Assembly (NCBI GenBank): GCA_011525945.1
Contig: WYBJ01000045.1
Coordinates: forward strand, 1 to 59,369
DNA length: 59,369 nucleotides
Reading direction: 5' to 3'
Source of the DNA: Burkholderiaceae bacterium
GTDB taxonomy: Bacteria; Pseudomonadota; Gammaproteobacteria; Burkholderiales; WYBJ01
Shown here: in pieces, positions 20,917 through 30,540 of the stretch
Position numbering within the stretch: the stretch's first letter is position 1
How the letters are laid out: every line of letters starts with the position of its first letter
Notes under the pieces: model-generated
The model's input: only the letters and a program-made list of their open reading frames with translations
Database searches by the model: none
What the model was told of the DNA's origin: nothing
Program-made: the position numbers and the translations under genes

Positions 20917-22008
20917 TCAGCGCGTCTGCGTCCGCAGCGAGGACGCTGACGGCAGGTTCGTTCCCCGTATCTGATTGATCGTGGCCACCGCCTCGTCCAG
21001 CAAAGCCACGGTGCCGGCGTCAAGCGGCAACGCGCGCGCTCGTGCCGCTCGATAGTGCTCCTCGGCTTCGCCCGGCATCAAGATGGGCTGCCCGGGCTGG
21101 GCTTGGCGTGCCGAACGCACGTAGTCGATGAACGCGTCGGCTTCGCGCTCGTAGTGATCGAGCGCGCCGAAACGCGCCGGGTCGAACACGATCGCAATCA
21201 TGTTGTTGTACATTCCGCCCGAAATCAGGTTGTCCGGGTGTGCGGTGGCGCCACCGAACAACGCCGCACCGAGCAGATCGCAGACAAACCCCAGTGCGTA
21301 GCCCTTGTGCCCGGCGGCGGCGAGCAGGGCGCCGAGCGGCTGTTCGTACATCACCGCCGGATCGGTCGTCGGAGCGCCGTGTGCATCGAGTAGCACGTTC
21401 GGCGGCGCCGGCGCCTTCTTGTAATACGCCACCCGCACTTTACCCACTGCGATGGCGCTGGTCGCGAAATCGAGCAGAATCGGCGCACCGGCACGTCGCG
21501 GCAAACCGACGGTGAGCGGATTGGTGCCCAGGCGCGCCTGAACGCCGCCGTGCGGCGCCACCAGCGGACGGCTGACGACGTTGGTGAAGTGAATCGATGC
21601 CATGCCCGCGGCCGTTGCCTGCTCCGCCCAGTGGCCGACACGCCCGATGTGATGGCTGTTACGCAAGCCCACGACCGCGACGCCGTGCGCTTGCGCGCGC
21701 GCAATCGCAAGGCTCATCGTCTGGGCGGCGATCGATTGTCCCATGCCGCGATTGCCATCCACGACCAGCAGGCTGACCGCGTCGGAGACGATCGTGATGC
21801 GTTGGTTGAGCACGAGATTGCCCGCGACAAGCGAGCGCACGTAAGCCGGCACGACGCTCACGCCGTGCGAATCGTGGCCCGCGCGGTTGGCGCCGACCAG
21901 GTGTTCGGCGGTTATACGCGCTTCCACGGCGTTCGAGCCGGCGCCACGCCACAGCTCGTATAGCCACTGCTCGGTGGCGCCGGTGTCGAGCGATACGTCG
22001 GGCAGCAA
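20917..22008 (-). CDS. Ldh_2 family malate/lactate/ureidoglycolate dehydrogenase (YbiC/HcxB-like)
   Basis: GHDSHG, NSHHIGR, GTNP, LDFATS, HKGYAL and MPGE motifs. AGGAGG RBS with TTG start. Confidence 0.92.
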   Translation of the reverse strand: MLPDVSLDTGATEQWLYELWRGAGSNAVEARITAEHLVGANRAGHDSHGVSVVPAYVRSLVAGNLVLNQRITIVSDAVSLLVVDGNRGMGQSIAAQTMSLAIARAQAHGVAVVGLRNSHHIGRVGHWAEQATAAGMASIHFTNVVSRPLVAPHGGVQARLGTNPLTVGLPRRAGAPILLDFATSAIAVGKVRVAYYKKAPAPPNVLLDAHGAPTTDPAVMYEQPLGALLAAAGHKGYALGFVCDLLGAALFGGATAHPDNLISGGMYNNMIAIVFDPARFGALDHYEREADAFIDYVRSARQAQPGQPILMPGEAEEHYRAARARALPLDAGTVALLDEAVATINQIRGTNLPSASSLRTQTR

Positions 22009-22044
22009 GGCTACCTCCTGCGATAGCGGGTTCGTCGCCGCGGG

Positions 22045-23013
22045 CTAGCCCGCCCGCCCGGGATAGGCGGCGGCGAACGCGCGCGTGAAGCGATCGAGCT
22101 CGGAGGCGGGCAGCCGATCGATACCCGCCGCGCCGGCGCGGCCCCCGCCCGATTCGAACTGGCGGCAGAGCACATCGGCGCCGCCGGGGTTCGCCACTGG
22201 CGCGCGTACGCTGACGACGAACCCGCCGTGGGGTCGCGTTGTCAACACGGCATGTGCACGCTCGGGATGCTGCTGCGCCAACCGGTTGCCCAGAATGCCC
22301 GACACGCGTCGGCTCCAGGCTTCGGCGGGCAGCACGATGAGCGCGTGCCCGGCGCCCTGGGCGAACGTCCTGGCCTCCGAGGCGCGATACAGATCGTCCG
22401 CCATGCCCTGCTTCAGTACGTCGAACACGGGCTCGCCGGACATGAACCGGAACGGATCGGAGTAGGGCGCAAGCGCCCGATACAAATCCCCGGGGTGATA
22501 GTGCAGATCGTTCACCGAATCGCCGTAGGCGTTGTAGTTGATGCACTCGCCGAGCTCGCGCAACTGTGCCGCCGCGTGCGGCGCGAGGCCGAGCGGCGCG
22601 GCGGCGCGCAGCGCGCTCGCACCGAGATTGTCTCCGAACGCGGCTACGACGGCCCAGGCGCGGTAGCGCCCGTTGAGCGTGCGATCGACGATGAGACTGG
22701 TGCATACGTCCGGTGTGGTGTCGATGTTCGCCTCGAGCGCCTCATGACGCGGCACCTCGCCCGCGAAATGGTGATCGAAGTAGCGCACGCTCGCACCTGC
22801 CTGCAGGGCACGCAATACACCTTGCCGGTTGACGTCGAAGGAAACGTCGAGAACGGTCAGCTCGTCGCCCGCGGCGGCCTCGACACGATCGAGCAGGCGG
22901 ATGTCGCGCTTGGCGCCGGTAACCAGCTGCGCCGCGCGCGGCGTCTCCAGGCGCAACTGATGCAGCGCGCAGATGCCGTCCGCGTCGCCGTTGAAGATGT
23001 CATAGAATGCCAT
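22045..23013 (-). CDS. DHH/DHHA1-like phosphoesterase
   Basis: N-terminal NGDADG, VLD, YFDHH and C-terminal SVR...GGGRAGAAG motifs. Confidence 0.8.
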   Translation of the reverse strand: MAFYDIFNGDADGICALHQLRLETPRAAQLVTGAKRDIRLLDRVEAAAGDELTVLDVSFDVNRQGVLRALQAGASVRYFDHHFAGEVPRHEALEANIDTTPDVCTSLIVDRTLNGRYRAWAVVAAFGDNLGASALRAAAPLGLAPHAAAQLRELGECINYNAYGDSVNDLHYHPGDLYRALAPYSDPFRFMSGEPVFDVLKQGMADDLYRASEARTFAQGAGHALIVLPAEAWSRRVSGILGNRLAQQHPERAHAVLTTRPHGGFVVSVRAPVANPGGADVLCRQFESGGGRAGAAGIDRLPASELDRFTRAFAAAYPGRAG

Positions 23014-23099
23014 GGTGTTCGAGCCGAGATCTTTGCGCGCACGGCTGCAAGCCGCGATGATTGCGCCGAGCCATTTGCAGCGCCACGCGGGGCTTCGCG

Positions 23100-24176
23100 A
23101 TGAGCGCAGAACCTAGATCCCGCTTGGCGCTGTACCTCGCCCTAGGTTACACACTGCTGATTCTCTATGCCAGCCTGGCGCCGTTCAGCGGCTGGCGAGA
23201 TCCCGGTCAGAGCCCGTTCGACTTCCTGCGCGAACCGTGGCCACGCTATGTCGCGGTGTTCGACATCGCAGTCAACGTACTGGCGTACGTCCCCTTCGGC
23301 ATGCTGGTGGCCGCAGCGGTACTTCCGGGGCGCACTGCGCTCAGCGCCGGAATCGCGGGATTCGTCGCGGGTGTTGCCTTGAGCTTCGCGATGGAATGCG
23401 CGCAGGGGTTTCTGCCCAGTCGCATCGCGAGCCGGCTCGATCTCGTCACCAACATGGCGGGCGCTGGAATCGGCGCATGGATCGGCGCGCACGCCGGCTC
23501 CGTGCCTCGCGTCGTGCGGGCCCTCGCCGAGTTTCGCCAGCGCTGGTTCCTGCCCGGCGGAACGATCGATCTGGGCATCGCGTTGATCGGGCTATGGCTG
23601 TTCAGCCAGCTCGATCCGTCGCTGCCGCTGCTCGGCATCGTGTTCTTCTCCGATGGCGTGCAAGCGCAACTGGCGGGAATCGTCGGCGGCACCACGCATC
23701 GCCTGCTCGGCCCGATCTCGGTGGCGATGAACCTCGTGAGCCTCGGTCTGCTGCTCACGCTCGTCATGCGCTCGAAGCGCGCTGCACTGGCAGCGCTCGC
23801 GCTGCTGGTGTCGGTTGCCGCGCTCACCAAGCTGATCGCCGCGTCGCTGCTCTTGCGCAGCGAGGCGGCGTTTCTGTGGGTCAGCAGAGAAGTCGTCTGG
23901 GCGATCATCGCCGGCATGTTGTTCGTGGGCGCGGGTTGGACGCTGCCCCGCGCGTCGATCCGCACGCTTTGCGCCGTGTCGCTGGTGTGCGCGATCGCGC
24001 TCTCGGTGCTCAGGCCCGGTGAGGCACAGTCGTTCCTGTCGCTGCGTCTGTTCCGCTGGAACGACTTGCAGCTCGTGCATTACACGGGGTTGTCGGCGAC
24101 GGTGGCCGAGGGTTGGCCTTACGCGGCGCTGCTCTACCTCGCGCTGCTGTGGCGACGCGACCGCGTCCTGGTCTGA
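23100..24176 (+). CDS. VanZ-like domain multi-TM membrane protein
   Basis: YASL.PF, D...N..AY.PFG and E..Q.FLP.R..S..D...N motifs, followed by further TM helices. Confidence 0.85.
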   Translation: MSAEPRSRLALYLALGYTLLILYASLAPFSGWRDPGQSPFDFLREPWPRYVAVFDIAVNVLAYVPFGMLVAAAVLPGRTALSAGIAGFVAGVALSFAMECAQGFLPSRIASRLDLVTNMAGAGIGAWIGAHAGSVPRVVRALAEFRQRWFLPGGTIDLGIALIGLWLFSQLDPSLPLLGIVFFSDGVQAQLAGIVGGTTHRLLGPISVAMNLVSLGLLLTLVMRSKRAALAALALLVSVAALTKLIAASLLLRSEAAFLWVSREVVWAIIAGMLFVGAGWTLPRASIRTLCAVSLVCAIALSVLRPGEAQSFLSLRLFRWNDLQLVHYTGLSATVAEGWPYAALLYLALLWRRDRVLV

Positions 24177-24270
24177 ACGAGCGCGGGCTATAATCGCTCG
24201 GTTCGGTGTGCGAGGTCCGTGGCTTCATCGTGAGCGATTTCCGCTACCCCATGTTCTTCAGTTGGATCGC

Positions 24271-24903
24271 GTGCGCCCGTCGACCTTGACCGAGCTTTCC
24301 GTCGCCGGACCGGCCGGCGCGATCGCGGTCGCGATCAACGACCCGGGCAGCGATCGGCGCGGGCTTGCGCTCATCGCCCATCCGCACCCGTTGCAAGGCG
24401 GAACACGCGACAACAAGGTCGTCACCACACTCGCGCGCGCGTTCTTTTCGCTCGGTTATTGCGCGGTGCGACCGAACTTTCGCGGCGTCGGCGGCTCCGA
24501 AGGCGTTCATGACCGGGGCATCGGCGAAACCGACGATCTGGTCGCGGTCGCAGCCGCCATGCGCCGCCGCTACGGCGAGCTGCCGCTTGCATTGGCGGGC
24601 TTCTCCTTCGGCGCGTTCGTGCAGACCCGGGTTGCGCAGCGGGTTGCAGCACGGCGTCTCGCGCTCGTTGCGCCGGCCGTCGATCGCATCGACGCCGCTG
24701 CTGCTCTCGCGCCCGACACACTGATCGTGCATGGCGACGAGGACGACGTGGTGCCGCTTTCACGCGTACTCGACTGGGCACGGCCGCTCGGTGTCAGCGT
24801 CACCGTCGTCCCGGGCGGAGGGCATTTTTTTCATGGGCGCCTCGGCCAGTTGCAGCACATCGTGCTGCACTGGTGGCGCGGCCACGAGGCCGAAGCCGGC
24901 TAG
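24271..24903 (+). CDS. alpha/beta hydrolase
   Basis: HPHPL.GGT.DNKVV, NFRGVG.SEG, GFSFG nucleophile elbow, HG..D.VV and HFF motifs. TATAAT about 80 nt upstream. Confidence 0.9.
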   Translation: MRPSTLTELSVAGPAGAIAVAINDPGSDRRGLALIAHPHPLQGGTRDNKVVTTLARAFFSLGYCAVRPNFRGVGGSEGVHDRGIGETDDLVAVAAAMRRRYGELPLALAGFSFGAFVQTRVAQRVAARRLALVAPAVDRIDAAAALAPDTLIVHGDEDDVVPLSRVLDWARPLGVSVTVVPGGGHFFHGRLGQLQHIVLHWWRGHEAEAG

Positions 24904-24912
24904 GACCGGGCG

Positions 24913-25836
24913 ATGTTGCGCGCCAACTATCCCCTCGAAGCCCGCGGACTGCGCAAGTCCTACGCCGGCAAGGTAGTCGTCGACGGCGTCGATCTTGCGC
25001 TCGCACCCGGTGAGTGCTACGGCTTGCTCGGTCCGAACGGAGCCGGCAAAACGACGACCTTGCGCCTTTGCCTGGGTCTCACAGCGCCGGATGCGGGCGA
25101 GATCCGGCTGCTCGGGGCCGATGTCATCACCGAGCCGCGGCGCGCACGCGCCCGCGTTGGCGTGGTGCCGCAAGCCGACAATCTCGACCCCGATTTCACC
25201 GTCGAGGAAAACCTGCTGGTGTACGGCCGCTACTTCGGCATCGCAGCGCGCGAGATGCGCGCGCGCATCCCAATGCTGCTCGAGTTCGCCGGGCTCTCGG
25301 CGCGCTCGCAAGCGCGCATCAACACCTTGTCGGGCGGCATGAAGCGCCGGCTCACGCTCGCGCGCGCGCTCGTGAACGACCCGGATCTCATTTTCCTCGA
25401 CGAACCGACCACCGGCCTCGATCCGCAGGCGCGCCACCTCATCTGGGGTCGATTGAAGCAACTGCTCGCGGAGCGCAAAACCATCTTCCTCACCACCCAT
25501 TTCATGGATGAGGCCGAGCGGCTGTGCGATCGGCTGTCGGTGCTCGACCACGGCCGCATCGTCGCCACCGGCGCGCCGCGCGAGCTCATCGCCGGCCACA
25601 TCGAGCCGCAGGTGGTGGAGGTCTACGGCGAGGGCGTGTTCGAGTGGGCCGAGCAGCACGCGCGCGCGCTCGCCGAGCGCTGCGAGCGCAGCGGCGAGAC
25701 GGTGTTCTGCTACACGCGCGACGCAAGCCGGCTGGTGCACGACCTGGAAGGCCGCCGCGAGCTGCGTTACCTGCATCGGCACGCCAATCTCGAGGACGTG
25801 TTCCTCAAATTGACGGGGCGGGAGCTGCGCGATTGA
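24913..25836 (+). CDS. nodI: ABC-2 exporter ATP-binding protein, NodI-like
   Basis: [45 protein letters not shown] and [11 protein letters not shown] motifs. Confidence 0.88.
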   Translation: MLRANYPLEARGLRKSYAGKVVVDGVDLALAPGECYGLLGPNGAGKTTTLRLCLGLTAPDAGEIRLLGADVITEPRRARARVGVVPQADNLDPDFTVEENLLVYGRYFGIAAREMRARIPMLLEFAGLSARSQARINTLSGGMKRRLTLARALVNDPDLIFLDEPTTGLDPQARHLIWGRLKQLLAERKTIFLTTHFMDEAERLCDRLSVLDHGRIVATGAPRELIAGHIEPQVVEVYGEGVFEWAEQHARALAERCERSGETVFCYTRDASRLVHDLEGRRELRYLHRHANLEDVFLKLTGRELRD

Positions 25837-25861
25837 GGCCGCCGATGCGCGCGATCTTGCC

Positions 25862-26653
25862 ATGAGCCCCGCCATCCGGCGCTTCCTGCCACCGCAGCCC
25901 AGTCTGCGCTTCGTGCCGATATGGCGGCGTAACTTTCTCGTCTGGCGCAAGCTCACCATCCCCTCGATCCTGGGCAACCTCGCCGATCCTCTGCTGTACA
26001 TGCTGGGCTTCGGCTATGGACTCGGTGCGCTCGTTCCGGAAATGAACGGCATGTCGTACATCGCCTTCATCGCCGCCGGCACGGTCTGCTCGAGCACGAT
26101 GAACAGCGCCACCTTCGAATCGATGTATTCGAGCTTCTCGCGCATGCACGTCCAGCGCACCTGGGATGCAATCCTCAATACGCCGATCGATCTGGACGAC
26201 GTGGTGATCGCCGAAGTCGTCTGGTCCGCATCCAAGGCCACCCTCTCGGGTGTCGCCGTGCTGGTTGTGGCCACGGCCCTGGGCCTCGCACAATCGTGGC
26301 TTGCCCTCTGGATCGCGCCGCTCGCGCTGCTCGCGGGGCTCACTTTCGCGAGTCTCGGCCTGATCATGACGGCATTGAGTCCCAGCTACGATTTCTTCAT
26401 GTACTACTTCACCCTGGTGATCACGCCGATGATGCTCATGTCGGGGGTGTTCTTTCCGCTCGAGCAGCTGCCCGCTGCGCTGCAGACGGTAGCGAACGTG
26501 CTGCCGCTCACGCATGCGGTCGCCATCGCTCGGCCGCTCATGAACGACGCCGTGCCACGGGATCTGATCGCCCATCTTGCGGTGCTCGTGGCCTACGGTC
26601 TGGTCGGGTTTCACATCGCCTTGGCGATGACCCGCAGGCGGCTACTGAAGTAG
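25862..26653 (+). CDS. nodJ: ABC-2 exporter permease, NodJ-like
   Basis: WRRN.LVW, FES.YS.FSRM..QRTW and SGVFFP...LP motifs. Adjacent to NodI-like ATPase. Confidence 0.88.
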   Translation: MSPAIRRFLPPQPSLRFVPIWRRNFLVWRKLTIPSILGNLADPLLYMLGFGYGLGALVPEMNGMSYIAFIAAGTVCSSTMNSATFESMYSSFSRMHVQRTWDAILNTPIDLDDVVIAEVVWSASKATLSGVAVLVVATALGLAQSWLALWIAPLALLAGLTFASLGLIMTALSPSYDFFMYYFTLVITPMMLMSGVFFPLEQLPAALQTVANVLPLTHAVAIARPLMNDAVPRDLIAHLAVLVAYGLVGFHIALAMTRRRLLK

Positions 26654-26774
26654 CGACAACACATTCGCCGCCGCCACGCACCGGCGCACGCCCTTCGGGC
26701 TAGGCGTAAAGCACGATGGCCGCGCGCGCGGCGCGACGGCTAGAATCGACGCAACCATCGAACGAGCAGCCGCG

Positions 26775-27188
26775 ATGCTGTGGGTCAAGGCGTTTCACGT
26801 CGTCTTCATGGTGACCTGGTTCGCGGGTCTGTTCTACCTGCCGCGGCTTTTCGTCTATCACGCGCTCGCCGAGGACGAGATCGGCAAAGCGCGTTTCAAG
26901 GTGATGGAACGCAAGCTCTACTACGGCATCATGACTCCGGGCGCGATCATGACCGTGGCGCTCGGCCTGTGGCTGTGGCTCGGCTACGGCATCGGCGGCG
27001 GCTGGATGCACGCGAAGGCGGTGCTGGTCGGGGTTCTGATCGCTTATCACATCTGGTGCGGCGCGCTGCTCGCCGATTTCGAGCACGATCGCAACCGGCA
27101 CGGGCACGTGTTCTACCGCTGGTTCAACGAAGTGCCGGTCGTATTCCTGATCGCGATCGTGCTGCTGGTCGAGCTGAAACCGTTCTAG
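26775..27188 (+). CDS. hemJ: protoporphyrinogen IX oxidase HemJ
   Basis: WVKAFH...WFAGLFYLPRLFVYH, MER.LY..IM.P and R.FNEVP motifs. Confidence 0.93.
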   Translation: MLWVKAFHVVFMVTWFAGLFYLPRLFVYHALAEDEIGKARFKVMERKLYYGIMTPGAIMTVALGLWLWLGYGIGGGWMHAKAVLVGVLIAYHIWCGALLADFEHDRNRHGHVFYRWFNEVPVVFLIAIVLLVELKPF

Positions 27189-27191
27189 CCG

Positions 27192-27578
27192 ATGAGCATT
27201 CGCGCCAAGCCGCTACTCCTGGCCATGTTGGGCGCGTGCAGCGCGCACGGTGCCCTGGCGCAGGATATGCCGGCCCGCATCATCGTGCAGAGCTCGCCGC
27301 TCGCGGGCTTCCGTCATTACGAAGCGCCGAATCTGTGGGGCGAAGTGCGCTCGGGCGACGAACTGGCGCTGGTGCGCGAGCCCGACAACCCGCACGATCG
27401 CAACGCCGTGCGTGTCGAGTGGCGCAGCCTCAAACTGGGCTATGTGCCGCGCGCGCAGAACGCGGCCGTGGCGCGAATGCTCGATCGCGGCACGCGGCTT
27501 GTCGCTCGGGTCAGCAAGGTGCAGCATACCCGTGCGCCCAACCGGCGCATCGAATTCGAAATCTTCATGCCGCTGTAG
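27192..27578 (+). CDS. stand-alone HIRAN domain protein with predicted signal peptide
   Basis: LAGF.HY, L.LVREPDN.HD.NAV.V and KLGYVPR HIRAN motifs. N-terminus K-hydrophobic-ALA|Q. Confidence 0.88.
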   Translation: MSIRAKPLLLAMLGACSAHGALAQDMPARIIVQSSPLAGFRHYEAPNLWGEVRSGDELALVREPDNPHDRNAVRVEWRSLKLGYVPRAQNAAVARMLDRGTRLVARVSKVQHTRAPNRRIEFEIFMPL

Positions 27579-27643
27579 CAAGCCCGACGAATCTGGCGAC
27601 AGCGGTTTGCCGGCCGCCATCCCGCAATCAACCGGATCGGATC

Positions 27644-28900
27644 ATGTCCTTGCAGTTGTTCGCACCCTGCCCACGCGGTCTGGAAGCGCTGCTCGCCGAG
27701 GAGCTGTCGGAGCTGGGTGCGCACGCAAGCACGGCTAGCGATGGCGGCGTGGCTGCCCGCGGCGATCCGCGCCTGATGTATCGCGCCAACCTGGAGAGCC
27801 GCCTGGCGAGTCGCATCCTGCTCGAGATCGAGTGCGCGCACTATCGCAGCGCGGACGATATCTATCGGCGCGCACGTGCGATCGACTGGCTGCGATGGTT
27901 CGACGGCGCGCGTACGATTCGGGTCGCCGTCTCTGCCGTTCGCTCGCCGCTCGCGAGCCTCGACTTCGTCACCTTGCGCGTGAAGGACGCGATCTGCGAC
28001 ACGTTCCGGGCCGCCACCGGATCGCGGCCCAACGTCGATACGCGCAACCCCGACGTGCGCGTGCACGTCTTTCTCGACAGCGAGCGCGCACGCTTCTATC
28101 TCGACACCTCGGGCGATCCGCTGTTCAAGCGCGGCTGGCGAACCGGTGTGGTGGATGCGCCGCTGCGCGAGAATCTCGCCGCCGGCATTCTTCAGCTCGC
28201 GGGCTGGACCCCGAACATGGCGCTCCTCGATCCGATGTGCGGCGGCGGTACGTTCCTGCTGGAGGCCGCGACCCAAGCTCTCGGCATCGCACCGGGCGCG
28301 AGCCGCAGCTTCGCCTTCGAGCGCTTGCGCTGTTACGACGCGCACCTGTGGCACGAGGTGCGCGCCGTCGCGGACGCCGCGCGCCAACCGCTTCGGGCGT
28401 TGCCGATCCACGGCTCGGACCGCGATCGGAAGGCAGTGAACGCCACACGCGCGGCGCTACGCCGGGCGGGCATCGATGCGGCAGTCGCGCTCGAGCAGGT
28501 CGACCTCCTCGAAGCGTGCGCGCCGGCGCCAGCCGGAATCCTGGTCGCGAACCCGCCCTACGGCGTGCGTATCGGCGAGCAGGCGGCGCTTGCCGCGTTC
28601 TACCCCCAGCTCGGCGACCGGCTGAAGCGGCACTTCGCCGGCTGGCGCTGCTGCTTCTTTACCGCGGACACGCGCCTGCCTAAGCTGATCGGCCTGAAGC
28701 CTGCGCGGCGCACGCCGCTTTACAACGGTGCGCTCGAGTGCCGCTTGTACGCGTTCGATATCGTGTCCGGATCGATGCGAGCGCGCCACCGCGTCGATCC
28801 ATCGACTGCGCGCGAGCGGCAGCGCGTTCCGAGTCAAGACGATGCCGCGACCAGCGCACGCGCGAGCAGCGACGAGCCGGAAACGATCAGAAGACCGTAG
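27644..28900 (+). CDS. rlmL: THUMP-domain 23S rRNA m2G2445 methyltransferase (RlmL-like)
   Basis: FAPCPRGLE, NL.SRLASR, DTSG.PLFKRG, APLRENLAA, DPMCGGGT, NPPYG and LYNG.LECR motifs. Confidence 0.9.
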   Translation: MSLQLFAPCPRGLEALLAEELSELGAHASTASDGGVAARGDPRLMYRANLESRLASRILLEIECAHYRSADDIYRRARAIDWLRWFDGARTIRVAVSAVRSPLASLDFVTLRVKDAICDTFRAATGSRPNVDTRNPDVRVHVFLDSERARFYLDTSGDPLFKRGWRTGVVDAPLRENLAAGILQLAGWTPNMALLDPMCGGGTFLLEAATQALGIAPGASRSFAFERLRCYDAHLWHEVRAVADAARQPLRALPIHGSDRDRKAVNATRAALRRAGIDAAVALEQVDLLEACAPAPAGILVANPPYGVRIGEQAALAAFYPQLGDRLKRHFAGWRCCFFTADTRLPKLIGLKPARRTPLYNGALECRLYAFDIVSGSMRARHRVDPSTARERQRVPSQDDAATSARASSDEPETIRRP

Positions 28901-29592
28901 AGAATTCGCACCACCAGCGCGCTCGCGGCGCGCCGGTGGATGCGGTTGCCGATCCATAGCCCGAGTGCGGCGGCCGGTACGAACCAGACAAGACCGGTCG
29001 CGAGCCCGGGCTGCAGCAGCACGCCCGCCAGGGCGAACACGAGCAGCCGGATCGCGAGGCTGAACCAGACCATCAACCCCATCGTGGCGCGCAGCGCATC
29101 CTTATCCTCGATGCGCCGGGTGAGGTAGATCAGGTACGGCGGACCGCCCATGCCGAACAAGGTGCCGGTCGCACCGCCGATGGCGCCGGCAAGCGGCGCC
29201 CACGTCTGCGAGATGCGAGTTGTCTTGCGCCGACTCGCGAGCTGATAGACGCCGTAGCCGCCGATGAATACGCCGAGCGCGGCGAGGCTCGCCGTGCGCG
29301 GCAAGCTCACCAGCAGGCTCACGCCCAGCACGGCGCCGGCGAGCGAAAACGGGATCAGCCATTTCAGTTCGGACAAAGCGGCGTCACGGCGACCGTGTAT
29401 CCCGACCGTGACAGCGCCGCCCAAATCGAGCACGGCCGCCAAGGCAAGTACCAGCGGCAACGGCAGGAATTGGGTCAGCACCGGAATGGTGAACAGCGAC
29501 GCGCCAAAGCCGGTGAAACCGAACACCACATAGCCGAAGGCGATGATCGCGAGCCCGGCCATGGTCGCGCCCGGGTCGTCCAGAATGAACAT
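28834..29592 (-). CDS. sulfite exporter TauE/SafE (TSUP) family membrane protein
   Basis: G.TGFG and GTLFGMGGPP motifs with about 8 TM segments. Confidence 0.88.
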   Translation of the reverse strand: MFILDDPGATMAGLAIIAFGYVVFGFTGFGASLFTIPVLTQFLPLPLVLALAAVLDLGGAVTVGIHGRRDAALSELKWLIPFSLAGAVLGVSLLVSLPRTASLAALGVFIGGYGVYQLASRRKTTRISQTWAPLAGAIGGATGTLFGMGGPPYLIYLTRRIEDKDALRATMGLMVWFSLAIRLLVFALAGVLLQPGLATGLVWFVPAAALGLWIGNRIHRRAASALVVRILYGLLIVSGSSLLARALVAASS

Positions 29593-29716
29593 CCGCTGCC
29601 TCCCTGTCGCAAGCCTTGTCGCCCCGAAAAGGCAAGCCATTTTCCGGTCCTCGGCAATGGTAGCGGCTTTTTCCCTTCGCCTTCGCGGCCTGCGCCGGCG
29701 CGCGGTTGTTGCCCGC

Positions 29717-29722
29717 TATACT
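29717..29722 (+). promoter_or_regulatory. putative sigma70 -10 element (TATACT) 6 nt before the xth ATG
   Basis: TATACT-N6-ATG, with no Shine-Dalgarno. Confidence 0.45.
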
Positions 29723-29728
29723 GGCGCG

Positions 29729-30472
29729 ATGAAGGTAGCCACCTGGAACGTCAACGGAATCCGCGCCCGGCAAACGCAATTCTGCGATTGGCTGGAACGC
29801 GACCGGCCCGATGTCGTCTGTCTGCAGGAGCTCAAGGCCGAAGCCTCCCAGGTGCCCGCGCGCTGCGCCCACGCCGACTACCACGTGTACTGGCACGGGC
29901 TGCGCGCCTATTCGGGCGTATCGCTGCACGTGCGCAAGGGACTGTTCCCGACTGCGCCTGCGTTCTCGCATCCCGATTTCGACATGGAAGCGCGAATCGT
30001 GCAGGCGCGCTTCGATCGACTCGTGCTCGCTTCGGTCTACGTCCCCAACGGCGGCAAGAACTACGACGCGAAGCTCGATTTCGTGCGCCGCCTCTCGGCA
30101 TGGACCCGGTCGCTGCACGATCAGGGTTTGGAGCTCGTGCTATGCGGCGACATGAACATCACGCGCGCGGACATGGATGTCCATCCGCGGGAGCGCAAGC
30201 CCGGAGCCATCGGTCAGCGTCCCGAGGAGCGCGAGCTGTTCGCGCAACTGCTCGGCGAGCACCTGATCGACGTCGGCCGTGCGCTCGATCCAGACAACGA
30301 GCACGTGTTCACCTGGTGGGCGCCATGGCGCGACCTGCGCGCCCGCAACATCGGCTGGCGCATCGACTACATCCTCGCTTCGCCGGGCATCGCGGCGCAG
30401 GCGTCGCAATGTATCGTGCTCGCCGACGTCGGCACCAGCGATCATGCTCCCGTCATGATGACGGCCGGCTGA
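29729..30472 (+). CDS. xth: exodeoxyribonuclease III / AP endonuclease
   Basis: ATWNVNG, CLQELK, YSGV, SVYVPNG, GDMN, FTWW, GWRIDY and SDHAP motifs. Confidence 0.95.
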   Translation: MKVATWNVNGIRARQTQFCDWLERDRPDVVCLQELKAEASQVPARCAHADYHVYWHGLRAYSGVSLHVRKGLFPTAPAFSHPDFDMEARIVQARFDRLVLASVYVPNGGKNYDAKLDFVRRLSAWTRSLHDQGLELVLCGDMNITRADMDVHPRERKPGAIGQRPEERELFAQLLGEHLIDVGRALDPDNEHVFTWWAPWRDLRARNIGWRIDYILASPGIAAQASQCIVLADVGTSDHAPVMMTAG

Positions 30473-30540
30473 GCGGCTACGGGATCGATCGCGTCATTGA
30501 CACCGATGATTACGCAATCGCGCAACCGGAGACAACGATC

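Noticed and set aside
24913-26653. Nodulation capacity from nodIJ
   Set aside because: No nodABC or nodD. NodIJ-like exporters are common in non-symbionts.
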